From an uncultured virus (IMG/VR IMGVR_UViG_2938983465_000007) (lineage: Duplodnaviria; Heunggongvirae; Uroviricota; Caudoviricetes): a stretch of DNA of 64,000 bases. Under the pieces are notes generated by a model. It made no database searches and had not been told where the DNA came from. It worked only from the letters and a program-made list of their open reading frames with translations. Each line of letters starts with the position of its first letter. Position 1 is the stretch's first letter. Position numbers and translations under genes: made by a program. Positions 35,714-43,529 of this stretch are shown piece after piece. Location: the IMG/VR virus record IMGVR_UViG_2938983465_000007. One strand, given 5' to 3'.

Positions 35714-35843
35714 GTTTGCACGGAGCAAGGTGGTTCTTCCTGGGACAACCTAGGACGAACCACCTACCCAGAGGCCCCGGAATAGAAGGCCTCGACGCAC
35801 AATTGTGCATGAACTCAGACAGCCATGGACAGTGCGCCTCAAT

Positions 35844-35889
35844 GCTTCCCAAGCTCATGACGAGGGTTCGATTCCCTTCGCCCGCTCCA
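35844..35889 (+). repeat. att core: 3' part of tRNA-Gly(CCC), not an intact tRNA
   Basis: GCTTCCCAAGC anticodon arm, GAGGGTTCGATTCCCTT T arm, CGCCCGCTCCA acceptor end; the 5' half is absent. Confidence 0.9.
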
Positions 35890-35897
35890 GATAATAC

Positions 35898-35936
35898 AAG
35901 GCCCGCAGCCTTTTTCGGATGCGGGCCTTTTCTTTT
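35898..35936 (+). terminator. Rho-independent terminator after the tRNA 3' end
   Basis: AAGGCCCGCA...TGCGGGCCTT followed by a T tract. Confidence 0.75.
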
Positions 35937-35958
35937 GGTGACAGTTTTGGCGACAGTT
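35935..35958. repeat. Putative arm-type sites of prophage 2
   Basis: Tandem TTGGTGACAGTT / TTGGCGACAGTT next to the att core. Confidence 0.5.
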
Positions 35959-36175
35959 GCCGCAGATCGAATGCAACCTTCAGGTCGATTGATGAGATGT
36001 TCTCGCCCTGCGGAATTGTTGCGGGTGTAGTCCCACAGATCATCAATCAGGCTCTGTTGGACTGTCGTACTCACCGTGTGAATTTCCTCGTTTCCGTGTG
36101 GCCAGTAACTCTCTGTACCGAGGCATAGCCAGCATTTCATCGGCAACCTCTGGCATACTTCCTCCGCTCTGAATA

Positions 36176-36191
36176 CTGTATGTAAATACAG
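36176..36191. promoter_or_regulatory. LexA (SOS) box
   Basis: (TA)CTGTATGTAAATACAG(TA), about 20 bp upstream of ORF 36211. Confidence 0.9.
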
Positions 36192-36210
36192 TATTCGAGC
36201 CATCTAAATT

Positions 36211-36888
36211 ATGATCCACATCCCCCGCACTGTTGACCTCTGGCATGCCGCTCTAGGCGACAAGCAAGCCCTGATGACTGCACCCGAATGGCACTGCGAA
36301 ATGCTGCGCAGAGCTGCGGACAGTCTCTTATCTGCAGGTGATATCGACCGGCTGGATTATCTCGACATGCTTGACCTAGCGACCGGCGCGCTCTCGCATG
36401 CTCAGGAAGAACGTGTAGCGCAGTGGTTCCGACCGAATCGGACGTACCTGGTTCTGCTCGAAAGTCATGAGGTCGGGCAGATTGCGCGAGGGGCATTCAG
36501 ACCTTCGGTACCTGACCTGAGTGACGGCCTGGTGCGATACGACGAGCGCGGCAAGCTCGTCATGCTGTATCAGCGCACTATCTATGCTGGGGACATCTAC
36601 GGCCGCCGATGGGCATGCACGAATGGCCAGACCTACATCTTCACTGTGATCGGCTGCAGTTGGCAGGGCAGGGAATGGCGAGCGCTTACCGACCCAGAAG
36701 AATACCGCCTTGCGCAGGTCTTAGCCGAGCAAGCCGAGGAGAACGGGGAAACTGCAGTAGCCGCAACCTGGCGAGAGCGGCTTGAGGCATGCGAGCTACA
36801 GGCATGCAGAGAGTGCAAAGGACACTTCGCCTCTATGGACGAATGTCGTTTTTGCAAAGGCATGGGAGTAGTACGCATCCGACCATAG
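36211..36888 (+). CDS. Hypothetical protein, probably SOS-regulated, with a C-terminal zinc ribbon
   Basis: 225 aa ORF; CRECKG...CRFCKG. Confidence 0.75.
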   Translation: MIHIPRTVDLWHAALGDKQALMTAPEWHCEMLRRAADSLLSAGDIDRLDYLDMLDLATGALSHAQEERVAQWFRPNRTYLVLLESHEVGQIARGAFRPSVPDLSDGLVRYDERGKLVMLYQRTIYAGDIYGRRWACTNGQTYIFTVIGCSWQGREWRALTDPEEYRLAQVLAEQAEENGETAVAATWRERLEACELQACRECKGHFASMDECRFCKGMGVVRIRP

Positions 36889-36933
36889 GCGACGCCCTCT
36901 GCAGAAGCGATCACAGCCTAAGATTGCCAAAAA

Positions 36934-36955
36934 CTGTACATGCATACAGTATAAT
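36934..36955 (+). promoter_or_regulatory. LexA box abutting a TATAAT -10 element
   Basis: CTGTACATGCATACAG (36934-36949) then TATAAT (36950-36955). Confidence 0.85.
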
Positions 36956-37260
36956 ACCCCCTTAGAGAGTAGAAAAAACGTGGAGAACCATTGAAAAAAC
37001 AAAAAGTCAACCCAACATAGATAGGCAGTGGTCATTTAGACAAATGCGCTTGGATTCGGCAGAAAAGCTGATTTTCTTGTAAGCAATAGCTTACAAAAAC
37101 GGACTGACGAAAGGCTTGAGGCCCCGAAGAATCGGCCTTTCAGGTGAGAAATTGACTTTTTCCATTGGAGAAATAGGGCGAAAAAAACGATTTGCAAACT
37201 GAGCGAGATTGACGTAGCCCGGGCGGCTATACCATATTGGGGACGTGGAAGACGCGCTGA

Positions 37261-37288
37261 TTGACAAACGGAAAGAAATCTGTAAAAT
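37261..37288 (+). promoter_or_regulatory. Near-consensus sigma70 promoter
   Basis: TTGACA-N16-TAAAAT upstream of ORF 37322. Confidence 0.7.
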
Positions 37289-37321
37289 CCCGCGACTTTT
37301 TTCAAATTCAGGTCGTCAAGG

Positions 37322-37669
37322 ATGAACTCTCCGTCTGACTTCACCGTCGAACAAAAAAAGCAAGCTGTAGTAGCCCACCTGTACGATTCGCTGCTGCATG
37401 CTGCAAACCGTTTTCTGCACCAGGCGAAGAATTACTCGATCAGTGTGCTTCGCTTGGAGAACCCCACCTACGCTCAGATTGCAAAGCAGTTCAGAGAGGT
37501 GGCCGATCTGATCAATTTCCTGGCGCAGCAGGTCAATGACCCGCTCACCGGTGACAAGGCTCAAGAGTACATCCACTGCATGGAGGGCATAGCCAAAGCC
37601 ATCGAGGATGACGACAAAGACGCCTTGGACACTTTTGTAAAACAACTTGACACGAGGCCTTTCCTGTGA
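37322..37669 (+). CDS. Hypothetical helical protein (moron gene 1)
   Basis: 115 aa ORF with its own promoter, lower GC than the phage core. Confidence 0.75.
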   Translation: MNSPSDFTVEQKKQAVVAHLYDSLLHAANRFLHQAKNYSISVLRLENPTYAQIAKQFREVADLINFLAQQVNDPLTGDKAQEYIHCMEGIAKAIEDDDKDALDTFVKQLDTRPFL

Positions 37670-37800
37670 AAAAGCTGACTGACTTCGAATTCGCCGCAAC
37701 CGTTAAGCGTGCCCATTCGATCCTGAAGTCGATCGAAGCAAAACTGGACCGCACTGAGAAAGCGCTGGCTCAGCATGTTGCTTGCAAAAAAGCAGCTTGA
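37666..37800 (+). CDS. 44 aa small protein (moron gene 2; absent from the ORF track)
   Basis: GTGA overlap with the previous stop, GAGG RBS, MKKLTDFEFAATVKRAHSILKSIEAKLDRTEKALAQHVACKKAA, ends just before the terminator. Confidence 0.65.
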   Translation: MKKLTDFEFAATVKRAHSILKSIEAKLDRTEKALAQHVACKKAA

Positions 37801-37815
37801 TCAGCGCCTAACCTG

Positions 37816-37846
37816 AAAAGCCCCGCTCATGCGGGGCTTTTCTTTT
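37816..37846. terminator. Bidirectional Rho-independent terminator
   Basis: AAAAGCCCCGC-TCAT-GCGGGGCTTTTCTTTT. Confidence 0.85.
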
Positions 37847-37895
37847 GTAGTATCACCCCCCGCCTGAACAACCAGCGCACCCATCTGATGGTGCT

Positions 37896-38162
37896 TCAGC
37901 GCTCGGCCTCATATGCTGCGACACCTGAGCCAACGACGATCCAGCCGTCCTGAGCCTGCGCGGTGTCGCAGATCGACACCTCGACAGATTGACCATCTTT
38001 AGGCTCCGCCGGCAGGATGGCCGCAGTCCGCCGGAGGTCGTTCGAGGCGGGCGCAAACGTACTTTCTGAACAGTGGAACGCCCATATTCCGTGCTTTCCA
38101 GAACTGCCTATCTGGCGGTCCAACTTCAGGGTCCACTTGCTTTTCAGCCGAATCACCAGCAT
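37896..38162 (-). CDS. Hypothetical protein
   Basis: 88 aa ORF with GAGG RBS at the end of the late operon. Confidence 0.65.
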   Translation of the reverse strand: MLVIRLKSKWTLKLDRQIGSSGKHGIWAFHCSESTFAPASNDLRRTAAILPAEPKDGQSVEVSICDTAQAQDGWIVVGSGVAAYEAER

Positions 38163-38230
38163 TTCATGGCCTCAATGGAAAACGACTAGTGTACGCCCAA
38201 AAAAGCCGGCCAGTTGGCCGGCATGACAGG

Positions 38231-39034
38231 CTATATCCCGACGAACAAACCGCCGAGGGCGGCAGGCTCCCAGTTCATGATCACCAGCTCGCCAGTGACC
38301 TCGGCCGAGCCTTGTCGCTGGTTGGTGTTGCTGTAGCGGATATCCAGGCGCTCCATATGGAAGCCTTCGAACACCCGGCGGATATCTGGATGGTCATTGA
38401 TGCTGACCATTACCTTCCCCTTGCAGCGGCGCATGAAGTCGGCCATCCGCTCGTACTCTTCGAACAGGAAGTCCACGCCGTAGCCCTCGGTCTGCCAGTA
38501 CGGCGGGTCCATGTAATGAAAGGTGTGCGGGCGATCGTAGCGCTCAACGCACTCAAGCCACGGCAGATTCTCAACATAGGTTCCCGCCAGCCGCTGCCAT
38601 GCAGCTGACAGGTTTTCCTCGATGCGCAGGAGGTTGACGGCCGGGCCTGTTGTCGCGGTGCCGAACGTTTGCCCGCTGACCTTACCGCCGAAAGCATGGT
38701 GCTGCAGGTAGAAGAAACGAGCGGCCCTCTGAATGTCGGTCAACGTCTCTGGTCGTGTCATCTTCTGCCACTCGAATACCTGACGCGACGAGATCGCCCA
38801 CTTGAACTGGCGCACGAACTCCTCGAGGTGATGCTTCACCACCCGATAGAGGCACACGACATCGCCGTTCAAGTCGTTCAGCACCTCAGTCTGAGCAGGA
38901 ACTGGACGCAGAAAATACAACGCTGCACCACCGGCGAAGGCCTCGACATAGCATTCATGGGGCGGGAAGAGAGGGATGAGACGGTCGGCAAGGCGCCGCT
39001 TTCCGCCCATCCATGGGAAAACAGGACTGGTCAT
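38231..39034 (-). CDS. D12-class N6-adenine DNA methyltransferase (paralogue of 1..762)
   Basis: PWMGGKRR, EAFAGG, LTDIQRAARFFYLQ, YMDPPY. Confidence 0.93.
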   Translation of the reverse strand: MTSPVFPWMGGKRRLADRLIPLFPPHECYVEAFAGGAALYFLRPVPAQTEVLNDLNGDVVCLYRVVKHHLEEFVRQFKWAISSRQVFEWQKMTRPETLTDIQRAARFFYLQHHAFGGKVSGQTFGTATTGPAVNLLRIEENLSAAWQRLAGTYVENLPWLECVERYDRPHTFHYMDPPYWQTEGYGVDFLFEEYERMADFMRRCKGKVMVSINDHPDIRRVFEGFHMERLDIRYSNTNQRQGSAEVTGELVIMNWEPAALGGLFVGI

Positions 39035-39048
39035 ATTGCAAGCCTTTA

Positions 39049-39074
39049 CTGTATGGATAAACAGGTGTTAGGCT
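39049..39074 (+). promoter_or_regulatory. LexA box next to an extended -10 promoter pointing away from the methyltransferase
   Basis: CTGTATGGATAAACAG (39049-39064), TGT-TAGGCT (39066-39074). Confidence 0.8.
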
Positions 39075-39080
39075 CCGCTC

Positions 39081-39189
39081 GCTTCGTGCACGAGGCGGGA
39101 GCCTGGGCTGGGCTTGCAGGGTAGGTCTGCAGGTTCAGCGACCGCGACGATGTGACAGCACCGTTGCGGTCGCTCCTTCTATTTGCACG
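39081..39189 (+). ncRNA. Putative structured antisense RNA / methyltransferase leader element (copy B)
   Basis: Closing stem CGTGCA..GGGAGC / GCTCCT..TGCACG enclosing two hairpins equivalent to copy A. Confidence 0.55.
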
Positions 39190-39439
39190 CCGTCACGGCA
39201 GCCTTGAGTTCCTCCTCATATCCGATCCTCTGGCGGCGCTCCGCTAGCAACGCACGCACCTTCGTTTGCAGGTCGTCGCTTTTCATCAGCCCCGCCGTGG
39301 CCCACACCGGCTCTGCGATCTTCGGTGCACGACACGGCACCGCAACCGGAACCTCCACTCGCACCGTTCGCGGCTCAGGCTCGACCTGGCCGGCGCATCC
39401 CGCCAGCGCAACCATCACCAGCATCAGCACCACCCTCAT
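39179..39439 (-). CDS. o-spanin lipoprotein (Rz1-like)
   Basis: Lipobox LAGC, VEVPVAVPC, LLAERRQRIGYE. Confidence 0.85.
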   Translation of the reverse strand: MRVVLMLVMVALAGCAGQVEPEPRTVRVEVPVAVPCRAPKIAEPVWATAGLMKSDDLQTKVRALLAERRQRIGYEEELKAAVTACK

Positions 39440-39804
39440 AGACCCAACTCCTGATCAATGACCACTTCGGCTGCCAGGCACTGATCACCAGCGGAACGCT
39501 CACGCAGCAGGCGCTGTGCCGCGGCATAGTGCTCGGCGGCTTGCTGGCGAGCTTGTGTCACCGCTTGGGCGGCCTCTTGGGCACGCTGCTCGCCAGCCTG
39601 ACGCAACGCGGCGACCTGCCTGCCCTGCTCCGCTACTGCGGCCTCCAGGCCGCCCCTGGCGGCGCGGCAGGCGACCAGATCCGCCAGCGCAGCATCGAGC
39701 TGCGGCCGGTAGTGCCGCGCGCCGAGCCAGACACCGCCGGCGGCGCCGAGGCCGACCAGTAGCAGGCAGCCCAGCGCGACCGAGACAACACGGGACGAGA
39801 TCAC
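39436..39804 (-). CDS. i-spanin (Rz-like)
   Basis: N-terminal TM segment, coiled coil, between lysin and o-spanin. Confidence 0.8.
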   Translation of the reverse strand: MISSRVVSVALGCLLLVGLGAAGGVWLGARHYRPQLDAALADLVACRAARGGLEAAVAEQGRQVAALRQAGEQRAQEAAQAVTQARQQAAEHYAAAQRLLRERSAGDQCLAAEVVIDQELGL

Positions 39805-40430
39805 GACAGCACCCTCTTCGCCCGCTCCCACAGCGCCAGGCGTTCGGCGTGGCCGTTGAGCCCGCCGTTGATCCGGCGGGTGATGGCGGCGAACTCGCCG
39901 CGGTCGGCCAGGTCGTTCAGGCCGTGCGTCGACCACCACCAGGCTGCGGACAGCGCCGCCCAGGCCGGTTGCTCAAGCAGTTCCGGCTCCGCTTCCAGCG
40001 GCTGGCCCAGCCCGGCGCCGGCAGCGCGGTAGTTCGACCGGCCGGTGATCTGTAGCAGTCCGCGCCCGCGGTACCGCCAGCCGTCGCCGGACGCCTCGTC
40101 TCCGTTGCCATTGCGCGAGGCATAGGTGTTGTTCGCGATAGCCTGCGGATGCCGCGCCAGGTTCAGAGCCAGAGCGTTCGGCTTGCCGTCGGCGCCGCGA
40201 TAGCGGCTCGGCCAGGTCGCCGCCAAGCCTTGGGCGCTGTAGTTGAGGTTCTCCACCAGCCGGGTCAACTGGCTGCTTTCGTGGCCGACCTGAGCGAGGA
40301 ACGCCGCCGCACGCACCGGCGACGTGATACCGAAGCGAGTCATCCCGCGGTTCAGCGCACCAACAAAAACGCCGGCGCGATGGCCGGCGTTCGGAAATAT
40401 CTGCAGCAGCTGCTGCTCGGTAATCAGCAT
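39801..40430 (-). CDS. Endolysin, glycoside hydrolase family 19
   Basis: AAFLAQVGHES, ENLNYS, YRGRGLLQITG, ITRRINGG. Confidence 0.93.
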   Translation of the reverse strand: MLITEQQLLQIFPNAGHRAGVFVGALNRGMTRFGITSPVRAAAFLAQVGHESSQLTRLVENLNYSAQGLAATWPSRYRGADGKPNALALNLARHPQAIANNTYASRNGNGDEASGDGWRYRGRGLLQITGRSNYRAAGAGLGQPLEAEPELLEQPAWAALSAAWWWSTHGLNDLADRGEFAAITRRINGGLNGHAERLALWERAKRVLS

Positions 40431-40525
40431 CGGTACTCTCCAGTAACGTTAATGCTCTGCTATCGGTAGGCGTGAAGGGGTTCCGGTTTGCTATCGTTCG
40501 CCTGCCAGGTAGGAGGCGAACCACG

Positions 40526-40873
40526 ATGAATAAACGGATGTTCCCCGGGCTGCGCGCCCATGTTGATCAGCTCTTGCGCGATGGCTGGTGGATCTCCGCA
40601 CGCGATCCGCTCACCTTGAAACGCGGGTCCGACCGCCTGCAGTGCCTGGACGGCATGCTGGTCGGATCGGCTCAGTCAAACCTCGATATCGAACTGGGGG
40701 AGCTGCGGCGCCGGCCCGGTCACCAGGCCATCGCTGATGAACGCCATCTGCCCGGCCGGCACCGCCGTGCCCCGGGCCGCGATCACGACGTTGTTTCGCA
40801 GGCGGACGCGGCAGGTGCCGGCGCCCTCGTCGACGTCGATCACCTCCCCCACCGTGCGCGCGCCGCCCGGTAA
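40526..40873 (+). CDS. Counter-oriented hypothetical protein
   Basis: AGGAGG RBS at 40511, TGC-TATCGT extended -10; 3' part overlaps a convergent tail gene. Confidence 0.5.
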   Translation: MNKRMFPGLRAHVDQLLRDGWWISARDPLTLKRGSDRLQCLDGMLVGSAQSNLDIELGELRRRPGHQAIADERHLPGRHRRAPGRDHDVVSQADAAGAGALVDVDHLPHRARAAR

Positions 40874-40912
40874 GAGCCCGATGAACCGACGCCAGGGGTT
40901 GACCGTCGCCAT
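40676..40912 (-). CDS. Small tail-tip protein
   Basis: NPWRRFIGLLPG, beta-rich; coupled to the upstream tail gene. Confidence 0.7.
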   Translation of the reverse strand: MATVNPWRRFIGLLPGGARTVGEVIDVDEGAGTCRVRLRNNVVIAARGTAVPAGQMAFISDGLVTGPAPQLPQFDIEV

Positions 40913-42672
40913 CAGGAGCCTCCCGGGTAGTGGCGCTCGATGCGCAGGGTCTGCCACACGCGGCTAGCCCCTACCCCCTCGGCCGAGATATCGGTGGCCA
41001 GGCAGAGCCCGCGCCAGGTCGCCTGTTCGTCCCTCACCTCGACCAGCATTCCCGGCTGCACCAGGCCCGGTACCCCATCATCCTTCTGGAACAGCGGGAT
41101 ACGCCGCGTCTCGATCGCCTGGTTGCCGCCCTTGGACAACTCGCAGATCCCGCGCGAGCGTGCCACCTCGGTGCCGGTCATCCAGTCCTCCATAACATCA
41201 GGCGCCGACTCCTCGCCGGCGGTACCGGCGCGCCGCACCTGCACGCTGACGCCGTAGCTGGTACCGCTGACGTAGACGAAATTCCATGCCGGCTGGGGAC
41301 TCCACTCGCTGCCCCACTCGGCGACGATGGCGGCCGGGATGATCCGGTCGGGAATTGCGGTGTCCCAGTACCAGGTCGCCTCACGATACCGCGGCAGGAT
41401 CGTCACCGAGTCGTCCATCAGGCCCGGACGGACGATGCCGCCGGCGACCTCGGCCAGCTTGACGATGACCTGCATCGGCGTCTGATCCTGATAGCTGAAG
41501 GCGCCGGCCGGCAGCGTCCAGTCCGGCGGCCCCATGTTCTCGACGTCCCAGGACACTGAAAAGCCGGTGTACTGCAACTGCTCGTCGACAACCTGACGTG
41601 CGTTCAGCGGCGCCGTGTTCACCGCGCTGCGCTTCGGCGCATAGGGCGCGTCCAGCAGTTGGGTGCGGCTCGCGCCGCTGATGGTGTAGCGCTCGCTCGG
41701 ATGCTTGCCGCTGCCGCTGTAACGCTCGACCAGAAACCGCCAGGTCCAGCCGTTGATCTCCAGCTCTACCGTCTTCGGCCCATTGGCATCCGGCGCCGCC
41801 AGGTCCAGCGAGGTGCGACCGAAGAGGTCAGCCGAGAACGACCAGGCGAACGAGTCGATATCCAGGCCGATGCGAATGCTGGTCGCATCCAGCGGGGTGC
41901 GACTCGGCAGCACCACCAGTGTGACCGTGTTTCCTATCATGTAGGTCTCCAGTATCTCGGGCTCGGTGGGTGGATCTATCGGTACCACCGGCCCCGGATA
42001 GTCGGGGTAGACAATGCCCGTCGGCACCGGATCGGTCGGCCGCCCCCATGCCCAGGGAATCCGCCGCAACGCATCGAAGCGGGTCGGACTGCCGTAGCTG
42101 CTGCGCGCCCCGGCGTCCACCGGCCGGATACCACGGACCGGCGCCACGTAGCGGAAATCGAAGAACACGTCGGGCGTGTTCGCCGGGGTGTAGCGGGTTG
42201 GGCCGAAGTTGAAGTCGAGCAGGCTGGTCGGGATGTAGAGACTGGCACGCCTCTCCGAGAGTGCATCACGGAAGCGGTCGAACTCGGCCGAGCGCCGCCA
42301 CCCTGGCGGACGGCCGGCGTCCTTGGCCGCCGGGCGCGGGTTGTAGATCAGCGACAGGCGCCGATCACGCGGACGCAGCGTCCGATCCCAGCCTAGCTCT
42401 AGCTCGGCGTCCAGCACCCGTGTGCTGTCCCAAGCGCTGCCGGCTGCCGCGTTGCGCTGCTCGGCGTGCTCCCAGCCACTCCCCCAGCCCGCATCACGCA
42501 CCGGTACACCGGACCAGCCACTGGTGCAACGCCGTGCCAGTGGTCGGCCGGAGCCCCACAGCCCGCCGCTACGCGCATCGGCAAGCACCAGGCGCTGCCA
42601 GCGCAGCGGGACGGCGCGCACGGAAAGCGGCGCCGCCCTCTGCCAGGGGGCGCCGAAACTCGCATTGATCAT
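40912..42672 (-). CDS. Tail/baseplate hub-like protein
   Basis: 586 aa; position in the tail operon; PGLVQPGMLVEV...QTLRIER C-terminus. Confidence 0.7.
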   Translation of the reverse strand: MINASFGAPWQRAAPLSVRAVPLRWQRLVLADARSGGLWGSGRPLARRCTSGWSGVPVRDAGWGSGWEHAEQRNAAAGSAWDSTRVLDAELELGWDRTLRPRDRRLSLIYNPRPAAKDAGRPPGWRRSAEFDRFRDALSERRASLYIPTSLLDFNFGPTRYTPANTPDVFFDFRYVAPVRGIRPVDAGARSSYGSPTRFDALRRIPWAWGRPTDPVPTGIVYPDYPGPVVPIDPPTEPEILETYMIGNTVTLVVLPSRTPLDATSIRIGLDIDSFAWSFSADLFGRTSLDLAAPDANGPKTVELEINGWTWRFLVERYSGSGKHPSERYTISGASRTQLLDAPYAPKRSAVNTAPLNARQVVDEQLQYTGFSVSWDVENMGPPDWTLPAGAFSYQDQTPMQVIVKLAEVAGGIVRPGLMDDSVTILPRYREATWYWDTAIPDRIIPAAIVAEWGSEWSPQPAWNFVYVSGTSYGVSVQVRRAGTAGEESAPDVMEDWMTGTEVARSRGICELSKGGNQAIETRRIPLFQKDDGVPGLVQPGMLVEVRDEQATWRGLCLATDISAEGVGASRVWQTLRIERHYPGGS

Positions 42673-43529
42673 AGAGCCTCGACAGGAAAGGGCCCGTGGC
42701 TGAGCGGGCGGTAGTAACGCGTCGCCTGCAGACGGGCCGTGCCGACCTGGCGGCTGGGGTTGTCGCCCTCGATCGGCCACCACTCCGGCTCAGCCACCGG
42801 CAGTACCCCGGCCTCGGTCACCTCGTAGAGCCAGCCAGAGAAGATCGTCGGACGCACGCGCTGGCCCAGGCTGACGGCGAGACGCGGCTCGAACACCGCG
42901 CCCCAGTCATCCAGCCCCATCGCGTAAGTGGTCCCGCCGGCCGTCACCTCCAGGGCGATCTCGGCGCGCCCGGACTCGGCCGTCTGCCCCACGCCGGCCA
43001 CCCGCCACTCGCCATCGAGCTTGCGCTCGATGACCACCACCTGGCGCGAGGCCGCACCGCCGTCGACCGTGACGACCGCCCGCACCTTCGCCGGGTCGGT
43101 CGGATCTCGTCCGCCCGAGCCTTCGGTCAGGTCATAGGACAGTAGGCGCGTATCGGCATCGAGGACCGGCCAGCGAATGATCCCCAGGCGCGGGTCACCT
43201 TCGTCGGTGACCTGGATCACGAACTGTCCACGCAGGCCCGATGCCTCGAAGCGCTGCACCGTCTCGCCCTCGTAGATCTGGAAGGACGCCGTCATCGCAG
43301 TCGCGGTGACTACCGCCCCGCGATACAGCGTGGCGATCTTGCGCGCCGAGGTCTCCTCCCCTTCGCGGGTGACCTTCACGGCGAGGGTCTGGTAGATCGC
43401 CTGCCCGGCCCCCGACCAGGCGATCGCCACAGGCGGGCGAAGGGTCTTCGGACCAATGCCGAACCGCTGCAGCCAGGTATCCGGCCTGACCTGTACCGGC
43501 GGCACCACCTGCAGCATCAGCGCGCTCAT
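42669..43529 (-). CDS. Tail-associated protein
   Basis: Coupled ORF in the tail operon. Confidence 0.65.
   Translation of the reverse strand: MSALMLQVVPPVQVRPDTWLQRFGIGPKTLRPPVAIAWSGAGQAIYQTLAVKVTREGEETSARKIATLYRGAVVTATAMTASFQIYEGETVQRFEASGLRGQFVIQVTDEGDPRLGIIRWPVLDADTRLLSYDLTEGSGGRDPTDPAKVRAVVTVDGGAASRQVVVIERKLDGEWRVAGVGQTAESGRAEIALEVTAGGTTYAMGLDDWGAVFEPRLAVSLGQRVRPTIFSGWLYEVTEAGVLPVAEPEWWPIEGDNPSRQVGTARLQATRYYRPLSHGPFPVEAL

Larger units (their letters stand above)
1..35889. mobile_element. P2/phiCTX-like prophage (left end outside window), ending at attR in a tRNA-Gly 3' duplication
   Basis: Complete P2-type gene order (portal, terminase, scaffold, capsid, lysis, baseplate, sheath, tube, tape measure, U, D, cI, ogr, replication, integrase) followed by a tRNA fragment. 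Confidence 0.95.

Noticed and set aside
35844..35889. Intact tRNA-Gly gene
   Set aside because: The 5' acceptor strand and D arm are missing; this is an att duplication only
35688..36203. 171 aa minus-strand ORF
   Set aside because: It crosses the att core and terminator and has no recognisable motif; a short real gene from 36140 cannot be excluded
37896..38162. Anti-CRISPR gene
   Set aside because: Small size only; no recognisable Acr similarity and no adjacent aca HTH gene
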